A stretch of DNA of 64,000 bases, from the NCBI RefSeq assembly GCF_009914755.1, contig NC_060925.1. One strand, given 5' to 3'. Positions within the stretch are counted from its first letter, which is position 1. The number at the start of each line of letters is the position of its first letter. The stretch comes from the human T2T-CHM13v2.0 reference genome, Homo sapiens. Positions 1 to 23,129 of this stretch are shown here, in pieces. The notes under the pieces were generated by a model. It did not search any database, was not told the origin of the DNA, and worked only from the letters and a program-made list of their open reading frames with translations. The translations under genes were made by a program, and so were the position numbers.

Positions 1-5721
<5,721 letters not shown>

Positions 5722-6746
5722 CAAGCCTTACTATGAATACTGCTGTAATAAACATGTGAATGCAGGTTTTCCTTTGATATATTGCTTCATTTTCCTTTGA
5801 GTAGATACCTAGTGGTGGGACTGCTAGATTAAATGGTAATTCTATTTGAGTTTTTTGAGAAATCTCCATGCTGTTTTCCATAGTGGTTGTACTAGTTTAC
5901 ATTCCCACCCACAGTGAATAAGAGTACCCTTTTCTCTGCATTCTTGCCAGCATTTTTTTTTTGTCTTTTTAATGGTAGCCATTCTGACTAGGGTAAGATA
6001 TTATCTCATTGTGGTTTTGATTTGCATTTACCTGATGATTAGTGGTGTTAAGCATTTTTCTTTCACCTCTTGGCCATTTGTATGTCTTCTTTTGAGAGTT
6101 GTCTATTATGTCCTTTGTCCACTTTTTTATTCTTTTGTTGTTAACTGTTGAGTTGTTTGAGTTCCTTGTGTATTCTGGATATTAGTCACCTGTCAAATGA
6201 ATGGCTTGCAAATATTTTCTCCCATTTAATAGGTTGTCTCTTCACTCACTTATTCTGCTGTAGAGAAGCTTTTTAGTTTAAGTCCCATTTTTCTGTTTTT
6301 GGTTTTGTTCCCTGTACTTTTGAGGTCTTAAGTCATACATTCTTTGCCTAGAACAATATCCAAGAGAGTTTTCCCTAGATTTGCTTCTAGTATTTTTATA
6401 GTTTTGGGTCTTATATTTAAAGTCTTTAATGCACTTTGAATTTACTTGGTGTATGGTGAGAGGTAAGGGGTCCAGTTTCATTCTTCTGCATGTGGCCATC
6501 CAATTTTCCCAGCACTATTTGTTGAAGATAGTCTTTTTTCCCCAGTGTAAGATCTTGTTGGCTTTGTTGAAGATCAGCTGGCTGCAAATACATGGCTTTA
6601 TTTCTGGATCCTCTATTCTGTTCCATTGGTCTATGTGTTTATTTTTATACTAATACCATGATGTTTTGGTTACTATAGCTTTGTAACATATTTTGAAGTC
6701 AGGTTATGTGATGTCTCCAGTTTTGTTCTTTTTGCTCAGGATTGCT
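5722..6746 (-). mobile_element. Older LINE-1 (L1PB/L1MA-like) ORF2 3' fragment
   Basis: Degenerate ORF2 C-terminal peptides (ATCRRMKLDP, ELPFNLAVPPLGIY). Confidence 0.8.
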
Positions 6747-9700
6747 GGAAAATTACTTTGAAACAAATTTTATATTTAGCCGAGAATTTATTCAAATGTG
6801 TGTGAATAGTAAAAAGATTCTGAGCTACACTAAGTTCCTAAAGTGGGGTGAAGGAGTGAGACATGTTAGCAAGGTAGTAAAGTGGTCCAGGCCACATCTG
6901 CTGGTTCTATTTCTCTTATTTAAACAGTTCCTCCAAAAATGTTTTTAAAATGAATCCTTTGTGGCAAAACCGCTGAGATGTTTGGAGATGTCATTATATG
7001 TCTAGGTATGGGTTCTCACCTCTTCTACTTAGTACTCTCTGAACACTGAATTTGAAGTAGTTTATCGTTCTTTAATGAGAAATTTGTCTCCAATATTTAT
7101 TCTAATAATTTTTCATCTCCATTTTAATCTTTCTGTCCTGTATAATGCTATTATCCAGATGTTGTCATGTCTGCTATCCTCCTATATATGCATTTTTTCC
7201 ATTTTCCTTTTCAAATTTGTTTAATTTGACATATAAAATCATATTTATCATGTACAACATGATGTTCTTTATATATACATTGCAGAATGGTTAAATCTAG
7301 CTAATTAACATATGCATTATCTGATATATTTGTGAGAACACAACATCCATTCTAAATATTTTTCAATACTTCGTTAATGTCATCTTACTGTACATTAGCA
7401 AGATAATGCTGTACATTAGATGTCTTGAACTTATTTCTCCTAATTGTAAATATGTACTCATTGCCAACATCTCCCCAACTCCCCAAGCCCACTAACCACC
7501 CAACCCTCTGGTAACCACCATTCTAGTCTCTACTTCTGAGATCAACTTCTTAGATTCCACATATGAGGGAAATCACATGGTAGTTTTCTGTGTCTGGTTC
7601 ATTTTGCTAAACATACATCCTCCATGTTCATCTGTTATCACAAATTACAGGCTGAATAGTAAGTATTCCATTGTGTATACATATATTTTCTTTATTTAGC
7701 CACTGATGAACGCTTAGCTTCCATATCTTAGCTATTGTGAATAATGCTGCAATGAACAAGGGAGAACAGATATCTTCAGCATACTGATTTTATTTTCTTT
7801 GGATATAGACCCAGTAGTGGGATTGCTCAATCATATGTTGTCATACAGTAGTTCAGTTTATAATTTTTTGAGGCACTTCCATACTGTTTTCCATAATGGC
7901 TGTACTAATTTATATTCCTACTTACGGTGTGTAAGGGTTCCCTTTACTTCATATCCTTGCCAACACTTATCTTTTTTTTTTTGATAATAGCAATTCTAAC
8001 AGGAGGTGATATTTCCTTGTAGTTTTGATATGTATTTCCCTTATGATTAGTGATGTTGAGCATTTTTTTCATATACCTGTTGGCCATTTATATGTCTTCT
8101 TTGAGAAATGGCTATTGAGGTCTTTGGCCCATTTAAAAAATCCAGTTATTTGTTTCTATTGCATTATTTCAGTTCCTTATATATTTTGGATATTAATCCC
8201 TTATCAAATACATACTTTGCAAACATTTTCTCCCATTTTGTAGGGTATGTCTTCACCCTGTTGATCGCTTGCTGTGCAGAAAGTTTTCAGTGTGATGTAA
8301 TTCCATTTGTCTATTTTTGCTTTTGTTACTTATGCTATTTAGGTCATATCATTGCCTGGACCAATGTCATGAAGCTCTCCCCCTATGTTTTCTTCCAGAA
8401 GTTTCACAGTTTGAGGTCTTTAATCCATTTTGAATTGATTTTTTCTTATAAAAGATGAGAGAGTTTAATTTCATTCTTCTACATGTGGTATCCAGTTTTC
8501 CCAGCATCATTTATTGAAGACATTGTCCTTTCCTCATTGTGTATTCTTGGTGCCTTTGTAAAGAATCCATTTACTGTAAATGCATGAATTTTTCGTCTCT
8601 CTATTCTGTTCCATTGATCTATGTCTGTTCTTATGCCAGTACCATGCTGTTTGAGTTACTACAGCTTTGTAGTACATTTTGAAGTCAGATAATGTGGTAT
8701 TTCCAGCTTTGTTCTTTATGCTCAAGACTGCTTTGGTTATTCAGGATCTTCCATGGTTCAATACAAATTTAGCATTTTTTTTCTATTTCACTTTGATAGG
8801 GATTGTACTTTAGATTGCTTTGGGTAGTATAGACATTTTATAACAATACTTTTTCCAATCTATCAACAATGACTTTATTGTATTTTCTTTAATTTATGAA
8901 TGTTTTACAGTCTTTAGTGTAGAAATCTTTCACCTCCTTGGTTAAATTTCTTCCTAAGTATTTTATTTTTTGGTAGCTATTGCAAATGGATTGTTTTCTT
9001 GATTTTTTAGAGTTTGCTGTTACTGCATATAAATTCTGTTCATTTTTGTATCCTGCAGCTTTACTGAATTTATTAGTTCTAACAGTTTTTTTGATGGAGA
9101 GTTTAGGGTTTCTTATAAAAGATCATGTCTCTGCAAACAGGGACAAATTTAACTTCTTCCTTTCCAATTTCAATTACTTTTCTTTCTCTTGCTAGCACTT
9201 TCAGTACTATGTTGAATAGTAGTGGCCAATGTGAGCATGCTTGTCTTGTTCCAGATCTTAGCATAAAGGGTTTCAACTTTTCCCTATTCGGTATGATGTT
9301 AGCTATGGGTTTGTCGTATATGGTCTTTATTGTTTTGAGGTACAATCCTTCTATACATAATTTGTTTAGAGTTTTTATCATAAAGGAATTTTGAATTTTG
9401 TCAAATGCCTTTTCTGCATCTATTGAAATGATTATAAGGTTTTTGTCTGTCATTCTGTTAACACTGTGTATCATTTATTGACTTGTGTAAATTGAACCAC
9501 CCACAAATTCCTGGGATGAATTGCACTTGATCATGATGGATGACCGTTTTCATGGGTTGTTGAATTTGGTTTGCTGAATTTTGTTGTTGTTGAAGATTTT
9601 TACATCTATGTTCATCAGGGATATTGGCCTGTAGTTCTCTTTCTTTTTTTGTTATGTCCTTGTTTGGTTTTGATATGTTTGGCTTTTGGTATCAGGATAA

Positions 9701-9872
9701 TGCTGACCTTGTGGGATAAGTTTGGAAGTATTCCATTTTCTTAAATTTTTAGTACTAATTCTTTAAATGTTTGGTAGAATTCAGGAGTGAAGCCATCTGT
9801 TCCTGGGCTTTTCTTCCCTGGGAGGCTTTTTATTACTGGTTTAATCTCCTTGTTCTTTATTGGTCTGTTCAG

Positions 9873-10164
9873 ATTTTTTTTTTTGAGACAGTGTCTTGCA
9901 TGTTGCCCAGGCTGGAGTGTTCTGGTGTGATCATAGCTCACCGCAGCCTCAAACTCCTAGGCTCACGCAGTCCTCCCTCAGCCTTCTGAGTAGCTGGCAC
10001 CACAGGTGTGGACCACCACACCCAACTAATTTTTCATTTTATTTTTAGTAGAAATAGGGTCTTACTATGTTGTCCAGGCTGGTCTCTCACTTCCAGGCTC
10101 AAGTGGTCCACCCACCTCAGCCTCCCAAAATGCTCAGATTACAGGTGTGAACCACTACAACTGG
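9873..10164 (-). mobile_element. AluJ-like
   Basis: Diverged Alu dimer; TSD tctgttcagatttt on both sides. Confidence 0.88.
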
Positions 10165-10259
10165 TCTCTGTTCAGATTTTTTGTTTCTTTATAATTCAAT
10201 ATTGGTAGATTGGATGTGTCCAAGAGTTTACCTTTACCTATTTCTTCTAGGTGATCTGA

Positions 10260-10572
<313 letters not shown>

Positions 10573-10703
10573 TGATCCCTTATATTTCTGTAGAATCAGT
10601 TGCAATGTCTCCTTCATCTCTGATTTGGAGTCTACTTTTTTCTTAGTCCAGCTAAAGATTTATCTTTTCAAAAACCAACTCTTTATCTTGTTGATCTTCC
10701 ATA

Positions 10704-11022
<319 letters not shown>

Positions 11023-11196
11023 TTAAGTCTCTATTCCATTTATTTCTGCTCTGATCTTTATTATTTCCTTCCTTCTACTAATTTTGTGTTTAGTTTGTTC
11101 TTTTTTCTAGTTCCTTGAGGTATAATACAATATTACATTGCTGAAGATCTTCCTCCTTTTGTGATGTAGGCACTTACTGCTATAAACGTCCCACTA

Positions 11197-11644
<448 letters not shown>

Positions 11645-11805
11645 TTAGTCTGACACCACAAAAATGACGTTTCTTTCCATATTCTCATTTTATATTAAGA
11701 TTTAAACTATAATTAAGATTAGTTTATTGTAGTCCTCAAATTGATAGCCAGTTATTTCCATACGATTTCAACTCAACAAAGATTTGAGTGTCAGCTAATG
11801 GATTT

Positions 11806-12831
11806 GAAATTTCTCTATAAGTATAGGCTCATATTTTCTTGACTTTTAATACATTTTTCTTTACCTTATAACAAGCCTACAACTTTTTTTTTGCCCCATA
11901 AAAACTACATTCTATTAAGTTAATTAACCCTTTAAAAATATAGCTTGAATCCGCCCTTTTTTCTCAAAGACCTCGCTGTCTAGGCAAGGGTTAAGTGAAT
12001 ACACTGATGAGAACAATAGGGAGCACAAGAAAGTAAGTGCTATAAACCCAGCTGTCATTGGTAGCCCTGAGAGATTACATTTTAGTGGGAATGCAGAAAA
12101 TGCCTTTTTCTGGGTTCTTAAAGACTAGATTTGATAGGAGATGATGGATGCTGGGAAAATAGAGGAGTAAGGCAGTCGAGGAAGAGGCACCAGCATAAGG
12201 AGACACACCAGCATGAGCCCAAGTGAGAAACTGCAGATGTCTTTTGGAAACAAGAAGGCAGATTGTGGTGAAAAGTTAAGTAATGCTAGATGAGTTTACA
12301 CAGTCAGACCTCTGTATCTGTGGCATCTACATCTATGGATTAAGTCAACTGTGGATAAAAAATATTTTTTAAAAATTACATCTGTGCTGAACATGTACAG
12401 ACTGTTTTCCATGTCATTATTTTCTAAATACAGTATGACAACTATTTACGTAGCATTTACATCTTACTAGGTATTATAAGTAATCCAGAGGTGATTTAAA
12501 GTATACAGGAGGATGTGAGGTTATATGCACATACTATGCCATTTTGTCTTTCGGATTTGAGCATCCCCAGATCTTGGTATCCATGGGAGGTCCTGGAGCC
12601 AATCTGCCATGGATACTGAGGGACAACTGTACTTCAGTCAGTAGACGGGAAAACAGAAAATACAGATGTAGAAATAGTTTAGGGCTCAAAAATGGCTGAC
12701 TCAAGCTATATTTTTAAAGGGTTAATTAACTTAGTATAGTTTTATGGGGCAAAAAAATAAAGTTGTAGGCTTGTTGTAAGAAAAATGTATTAAAAGTCAA
12801 GAAAATATGAGCCTATACTTAGAAAAATTTC
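11806..12831. repeat. Inverted repeat: arms 11806-11951 and 12698-12831, 746-bp spacer
   Basis: Hand alignment: perfect reverse-complement blocks of 44 bp and 33 bp plus shorter matches. Confidence 0.95.
12301..12629 (-). mobile_element. MER2 (TcMar-Tigger MITE)
   Basis: Termini cagtcagacctctgtatc and gatactgagggacaactg followed by TA; matches recalled MER2 consensus. Confidence 0.8.
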
Positions 12832-14564
12832 CATAGACTTAAGGTCCTCATGGTCTCAATAAGTGGGATTTTTATGCTGATGGTTAGGATGCACAAAAGC
12901 TGATGTTTAGTCTACAAGAGCTCATCAGTGAATAAAATCTGGTATCATCCTCCTGGCTCCATCCTCAGAGGGGACAGCGAGATAGCATCAAAGATATGGT
13001 GTGGAAGAAAGAGAACAATCCCTTGGGGTAAATAGAATAGCCTGTCTCATTCTACTTTCCCAGAGAATGATACCTCTTTGATAGAAAGAACGAAGGGACT
13101 ATAAAAGATAGGGCAGATTTCTGAATACGTAGTAGGGCAGTGTTTTCGACTCAAGAGTTAAGAGAGGTGCGCAAGCAAATCAGGGCATTGCCACTGAGAA
13201 GTGACCCCACATTTAAGGGAGAATGTGCTACATGTGTTTTCTGATCTTCATCTGTACTCTTTATGTCCAGCTTACAAGACCAAGGTTCATGGTTCAGGGA
13301 CTACATCCAGAGAAAAATCCCACGACTGGACCATGGTTGACAGAATAGGGGGAAAAAAGAAGGCTTTCTCCCCACAAAAGACAACTGTCCCTGAAAGGTC
13401 AGCGACGTTCCCTTTAGAAGCAAGTTGCCTGCTGTGATGCTTCTCTTGGATGTTCAAAAACATCCCCAGCTAGCCCTATGTGTTCTGCCCTCAGAAATGA
13501 GCACAGCTTTCCAAGAGGATCTACAGCTTTTGCATGGTGCCCAGTCAAGTTTTCTTTGTATTTCCTAATACTCCACCTGTTTGCACCCTGACTGCTTCTG
13601 AAAGGCACAGCAGCTTACTCGTGCATTAGGTTAGGTTTCACTACATTCTCCCTTTGTGGAGTTCTAATTTTGCTTCCAGTTGTAGGCAAGACTTAAGATA
13701 CAAATCAGTAAGTTAAAGTTGGTATAATAACCTACATGTTAAGGGTGGTGGGAAGAGTAGTGGATAGGAGGCAGTTAAAATCGATGCAAGTTTTGGGAAA
13801 AAAAATTTAAGGAATGCTGAATTTTTGATGAAATAGGTCTTCAGCATGATGCTATATTAATGAAGGGTGAATATGTGAGAAGAGACTCAGAACAGTAAAA
13901 CACAGGTACAACCTTCCTTAGAAGACCATGGTCCTGGCTCTGAGTCCAATAGCCAGAGTTCCCCACATCAAAGCCCAGGACTGAGACTTCTCATGAGGCC
14001 TCCATAGCACTCTAGGTGTTGATGGCCTCAAGTCAGCAGAAATTATGCTGGGTGAGAATACTCAGCCAAGACTGAGACACACACAGGTGTGGAAAGCCAC
14101 GACTTACAGTCTTCCCTCCATGACTCCTTCTCTGTTGGTTCTCGGTCTCCTACCCTCCCCAGTATCATCAGTCATGCTGTGATGGGATTGCGCCCTTTTC
14201 ACAATTCCCTTATTCCTTGAAGCTGAATTGGATTTGGTGGCTAGGAGAAAAAAGATCCTGTGGTTTTTCTGAAGTCACATTTGACAAACTCTAGATCAAT
14301 GTATTTTTTTCCAGATCTTGATGTTGTGCAGTGCAAAAAGGAGAGGAGGTACACTATTTGTCTGGATAAAGAATCTCACTTCTCAGTGTCTCTTCCTGGG
14401 TCCTTTCTTTTTGAAGGCATGAACTGGCTGAAGGTGCTTCCTTCTCCCAGAGCCACCCTGTTTTATGACCTTTCATGTCTCCTTAATCCATACAGGCTTT
14501 CCCTCTATAAAGTAATCAGTGTGGTAGAAGAGAAGAAAACTAGATGTAAGGGAAAGAAAGCAAT

Positions 14565-14824
14565 AAAACCATTAGGAACAGAAAATTTATTATTATGCAA
14601 CTAGCAAGCTGGGGTCAAAGGGCTTTCCCAAAAAAAGTTGTGTTTCCCTATATTACAGGTACCAAAACAGAGCAAAACATCCAGGAGAACCAAATTGAAA
14701 CTCAGAAAAGAGACAATTTCTGAGGCCCACCAGATCCTGATTCCATTTTGAAATACTCTATTGCAGTACCTCTGGGTAAATATTAGCTGGTTGCTAAAGA
14801 CAGGATCTGAGGCTGGGCCAATTC
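14565..14824 (-). other. CHD1L: CHD1L 3' UTR (~260 nt; 3' end approximate)
   Basis: Between the stop codon and AATAAA; U-rich sequence follows on the minus strand. Confidence 0.8.
14586..14591 (-). terminator. Polyadenylation signal AATAAA of CHD1L
   Basis: tttatt on + strand, first canonical hexamer I see after the stop, followed by U-rich downstream sequence. Confidence 0.85.
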
Positions 14825-14903
14825 TTAAGGCACCAGCTGTCTTGAGGAGGAAGATGAAGACTGTGAATGAAGGACAGCAGACTTGCTTCTAGGAAAATAA
14901 TAT
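14825..14903 (-). CDS. CHD1L: CHD1L exon 23 coding part (79 nt; YYFPRSKSAVLHSQSSSSSSRQLVP*)
   Basis: ttatcag acceptor; TAA at 14825-14827. Confidence 0.96.
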
Positions 14904-15956
<1,053 letters not shown>

Positions 15957-16608
15957 TCATCAAAAATTGATTGATGGGTATAAAATACACATGGGAGAAA
16001 ATTATTATTGACTATCTCCCTCAAAGCCCATAATTATAATGTCAAAAATATTCCGGGGGAAGAATTGTAAGAAAAATTAAATTATTCTGTTGAACACAAG
16101 GACCTACAAGTTCTGGAAATACATACAATTGGAAATAGATTATGATTGGTGGAGGCAAAATTAAAATAAGCAAAGATTCTCTAACAAGCCAATCAATTCA
16201 ATAAGCTCTGAGACACACTAGGTTTCGAAACAAAACTAAACTCAATTTTTGTCGAAGAACTGTCTGTTATTGGGAACTGTGACTCTCCAAGAGGAGATTA
16301 AATAAACAGCATTTACCAACTACATATGACCAAGTTGCTTCATGTCTAGTCCTCTGCCACCTCATCTGTAAAATCACGATAAAAATACCCGGGGGATGGA
16401 GACGGCCTACAGAGATAACCGGTATTAAAAGTGTTTTGGAAAGGACAAGGGGCTATATGACTACAAGACGGTGGGGTGATCACTTCTGTGGTTTGCCTTT
16501 ACCGTGCATATTAAGTGGGATCTTGACATTTCTTACCTCCCTTCAAAAGTCGTATCACATGCCTAGAAACAAATTCATCTACTCTTGAGCACAGGTGGAA
16601 GAGCTTAC

Positions 16609-16723
16609 CTTTCTTCTTTTTTGCTGCTAAAAATATCTTCTTCAGGCCCTCTTCTAGGGCTGCCATCTTAATGCCAGACAGGACATTGGAACGATCACGA
16701 TGCTGAGCCACAATCAAGGCCAA
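16609..16723 (-). CDS. CHD1L: CHD1L exon 21 (115 nt; [10 protein letters not shown]...AAKKKK)
   Basis: tttccag acceptor, AAG|gtaagc donor; ORF 16511..16792. Confidence 0.96.
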
Positions 16724-17396
16724 CTGGAAAGAACCACCATTAGATGACCAACCCAACATGAAACAGCCACACTCAACCAAGTGACCGCCCATGGAGGCGG
16801 CACAGCCCTTGATGGGTCACTTGGGCTTGGCTCTGTCTCTTTCGGATGCTATGCCTGAACAGCAATGTCCTACTATATGTATGACTTCACATCCCGTCAT
16901 AATTCTTACTTTGTGGTCACTTTATACAGGGTTTTCTTCTTCTTTTTAAAATACTTTAAAACCAGAGAATGAGTCCAAAACATATACTTTCCAAAAGCTC
17001 TCAAGGGTTAAAAAAAAAGAGAATTTTTCTGAATTGTAGGCATGGAAAAGATCTTAGAGGCTCCTGTATCCCAGCCCTTTGATGCCTGAGTCAGCTCCAC
17101 AACCCCCAGGACAAGCAGTCATTCCATCTCTGTTCGAACAATTCCCATGAGGACAAAATGCCAAGTATCTCTCAACCATCCTAACCTAAGTGGGCAGAGC
17201 TGGAGAGTGTCAAGGGAGCTTCCGGGATGACATCACCACAGTCATATCATAGACATGGTGCTCTACTCCCTGTAAACAGTTTTCCTGAATCACTGGATTC
17301 TGAGTTTCTCATGCACAGACACTTTACTTTTCTTTTTTAGCATTTTAGAAATTACTGAAGGAATGACTCAACAGAAACCACTTTGCTGTTAGTCAC

Positions 17397-17814
17397 TGTG
17401 TAGTTTGGATGTGTGTCCCCCTCCAAATCTCATGTTAGGATGTAATCCCCAGTGTTGGAGGTGGGGCCTAGTGGGAGGTATTGGATCATGGGGTGGATCC
17501 CTCATGGATGGCTTAATGCCATACCCTTGGTGATGAGTTCTTGCTCTGGTAGTTCACATGACATCTAGTTATTTAAAGCAGTGTGGCACCTTCCCCCACT
17601 CTCTCTTGTTCCTGCTCTTGCCATGTGTGATAAACTAGCTTCCCCTTTGCCTTCCACCATGACTGTGAGCTTCCTGAAGCCCCCAGCAGGAGCAGATGTC
17701 AGTATCAGGCTTCCTGTACAGCATGCAGAACCATGAGCAAATAAATCTCTTTTCTTTGTAAATTACCCAGTCTCAGGGAATTCTTTTATCACAGTGCAAA
17801 AACAGCCTAACACA
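17397..17814 (+). mobile_element. MST-family MaLR solo LTR
   Basis: TG...CA ends, 5-bp TSD GTCAC (17392-17396 and 17815-17819), MST-type body. Confidence 0.88.
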
Positions 17815-18307
17815 GTCACATAGACAGCAACCTCAAAAGGATGAGCCTCTCTTTTGGCCTGATTTTGAAATTTCTTAATTCTGGCTTAAAATCTGAACAT
17901 GAACCCAGGCCTTGGAGAAAGCCAGGTAGGTGGGGTAAATCAAACTCACTACAGGCATCCCAAGATGCCTAAGATGCAAAAGGATTCTGATGTGGGCAGA
18001 GGACATATGTGTTAGTTCCTCTCTCCTGCTTTATTATGGCTGACTAGAAAACACAATCTTTCATAGAAATTTTCACATAGTAAGAAATGAAACCGTCAGA
18101 GTTCTGAGTCATGCTTTCTTACTCATGCAGTAAATGTTTATGGAGCATTTCTTATGAGCTAGTACTATGTAGGGTACTGAGGATAAAAAGACAAATAGAA
18201 ATCCTCGTACTTAAGATGGGATCTGCTATCTGGACGGTGCTCCGGGGACAGATGGATGGAAGCCTGGGGACAGGGGAAGTACAGTGGAGACTATGGCCCA
18301 ATCTGCT

Positions 18308-18984
<677 letters not shown>

Positions 18985-19374
18985 TCAGTCAACCTCTTAG
19001 CTGGGTACTCACCTGCTTCACTCCTGAATTTTTATGATCTCCTAATTTAATGCTCCTCAAACATTAACAACAAAGTACCCCTGTAGACATCAGAAAGTGA
19101 ATACAAAACCCAGAGGTAGCTGGGGGGCTTTGGGGAGGGAGCATTATGAGCTTGAAATTCCTTTGGTAGTTTTGTGCTTGTCCTAAATCATTCAAATTAT
19201 TACATTCTACTTTATCTCTACCTGTTTGTATAATATATTTTCCTACCCCATCCAAATCAAGTAAAACTGATAGTGAAGAAAAATGTGCTAATTTAATTCT
19301 ATGGCTTTACATAAGCTGATGTGAAAGCGGTTAGAATCAAAATAGAGATGCTTGTGTTAAAAACTGACATATAC

Positions 19375-19712
<338 letters not shown>

Positions 19713-19942
19713 CTAATGCATAAATGTCTGATAACAAGAACTATCACAACAGATTTTACAAAACCCATGACCTTGCACAAGGGCCCTGGCAAGCTTACAT
19801 AAAAATATACTTCTGCAAAGACATCTGCTCATCAACTGCCTGCCCAACCTCGGCGTGGTGCCACCCTTACTAATCCTTGTAGCCAAGGATAACTGATTCA
19901 AAAAAAGTATGTAATCTTCCTCATTTCTCCTTAAAAACCTCA

Positions 19943-20279
<337 letters not shown>

Positions 20280-21644
20280 TTAGGTTGATACCAGTTTGAA
20301 CTTTTTGTTCAGTCATTCTAAAATACTGGTTGTGCTATGCCATCCTTTTGATCAAATCCCCCAAAACGACCAGCTATTACCCATTCCATTAGATAAGGTT
20401 CTGCTCAGAATGGCATCTCCCTGGACAAATCATGTGAGGTCTTCTATGATGTGGCCCAAGCCGCTGATGAAAACGAAACTCTCCTCTATTCTTCTGCCTA
20501 AACCCTCCACTCTGGCCTGCATGGCCTGTACGCCATCCTCCACACAAAGGAACAGGCTAACTGCCTGGGTCCTTCAATACCCACAGACAAGGAATAGTAA
20601 GTGTTGTAATGAGCAGTTGGGGATCCTCTTGCCATTTCTCTCCACCTATTCAAATTCAACCCACCTTTCCAGGCCCAGGACCTCCATGAAGCCTTCCCTG
20701 GGAATTGGAATCCACAGTTTCACCTACTTTGCTGCAACCTGCTTCAATCCTCCTTCAGAGAAAACTGCACACTCTCATCTCCATTTCCTTCCTGAGCCCT
20801 CAGGCCTTAAGTCTGAGCTTCCCACTCTCCTCAAAGTGCTCCAAGGTGAGCAACCTTGGGTCAAAATCCATGGCCTTTTCCCAATTCATCCTCACTTCAG
20901 TGTCTAATACCATGAACTTCTTTGCCTTCTTGACATACTTTCCTCCCTTGTACCTCAAAATACCACACAAGGTTCCCTAATTGTCTGACAATTCCTTCTG
21001 TCAGAAATTCCATCTTCTTGCCTCAAGTCCTAAGTAGAGGTGTTTTCCAGGTCTGTTCTCTGCCTCTCATTTCTCCATCCTCTCTCCCACATGATTTTAA
21101 TTAAACACAGACTCCAAACAGGGACTCCTCAATCTGCACCTCCAGCTCTGACCTTCCCTGGGTTTTGCTTTGCCAACTGCCCAATCAGCATCTAGATCTG
21201 GATTGACTATTTCAACACACATTAAACCCTTCTTTCAGTAACTTGTTTTACTAGAAAAAGTAGTCATTCTAAGTTCTTATATCCCTTTCCACCATAGAGA
21301 ACTGGGCAGAATTAGGAAAAAACAATATCTAAGGAATCTGGAGGGCCCTTCTCTATCAGACAAGGTCCTTCAATCTCCAGAAAATCACCACAATAATAAT
21401 TTTATTCTTGCCACTTTGTTATTTCTGGATGTAAAAGGAGGTGCCTTTTTCCCTTCTCTGTGCCAAAGGACAATATTGTTCAGGCTTCTAAGTTCCCCTG
21501 GCACCAAACAGCTTTATTTCTGTCTCCAGGGAGTGTTATACCCAAGGTTGTGCTGACCTCTTAACACATCTTCATTCCACTCAGCACCAAACCCGAGTTC
21601 TTGTCAGCATTTTAATGGTATGTCCAATTTCTCTCCCATAGGTC

Positions 21645-21918
<274 letters not shown>

Positions 21919-21979
21919 TTCCCATAGATCTTTGATATTTTCATGACATATTCCTTCATGTTTATTCCAATAGTTCTCT

Positions 21980-22289
21980 TTTTTCTTTCTTTTTTTTTTT
22001 TTTTTTTATGAAACAGGGTCTCACTCTCACTCAGGCTGTAGTACAGTGGTGTAATCACAGCTCACTGCAACCTCAACCTCTTAGACTCAAGTGATCCTCC
22101 CACCTCAGCCTCCTGAGTAGCTGGAACTACGGGCATGCACCACCACATCCAGCCAATTTTTAAATTTTTGGTAGAGACAGGATCTCACTATGTTGCCCAA
22201 GCTGGTCTCAAACTCCTGGCCTCAAGCAATCCTCCTGCCTCAGCCTCCCAAAGTCTGGGATTACAGGCATGGGCCACTGTGTCCAGCCC
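21980..22289 (-). mobile_element. AluJ-like
   Basis: Poly-T plus reverse Alu. Confidence 0.87.
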
Positions 22290-22572
22290 ATTCCAATACT
22301 TTAACATGTATGCAGGGATCAACATTTTTCAGAATACACACATTTATTATGCTTACTACAGTTCTATGAAGTAGGCAGAACAAGTATTATTCACAAATCA
22401 CAGATGAGGAAACAGGTACAGAAAAGGTAAAGGAATGCCTTGAAGTCACAGAACAAGTAGCTAATTTATGACAGAATTCAGTTCCCAACTGGTTATTCTA
22501 ATTCCTTATCTAGTGCTGTGTAACCCTCACGATACAGTCTTAGGTGTCCTCTTCTCTCTTATTCCACCCTTA

Positions 22573-22752
<180 letters not shown>

Positions 22753-23129
22753 TTAGAAAAACAAAGGCACACAAAAGGGACTTGTGGAAGAATGATTTTT
22801 CAAAGGGAAGAAACAAAATATCTTATCTCCTAGGAATATCACAGGTTGGACTTCCCAAATATGTTTATGTTTTCTGGAAGATATAGCTGGGGCCATGATA
22901 ACAGGAAAGCATCTCAAAAATTAGGGTTCTCAATGAGCAAAATCTCTGTGGTGCATCTGTGATTCCTGGCAAATGACTGCGGAAGGACGGAGAGTAGATG
23001 GAACATTACAGAGTGAGTAGAAGCAATAGGTTATGCAACAGCACATAGGCAAGGTTATGAAACAGTACACAGGAAAGGTTAAGTGACTTATTCAAGCTGG
23101 TACTAACAAAGCTGCTTAGTATCTTAGCA

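Noticed and set aside
11806-12831. Inverted repeat interpreted as TIRs of a new DNA transposon
   Set aside because: No target-site duplication seen, the interior is ordinary L2/MER2-containing DNA, and the left arm appears to interrupt an L2; kept as an inverted duplication instead
20296-20907. 203-aa plus-strand ORF antisense in intron 19
   Set aside because: Starts at TTG, no recognisable domain, low-complexity Leu/Ser/Pro composition; likely chance, though not excluded without Ribo-seq
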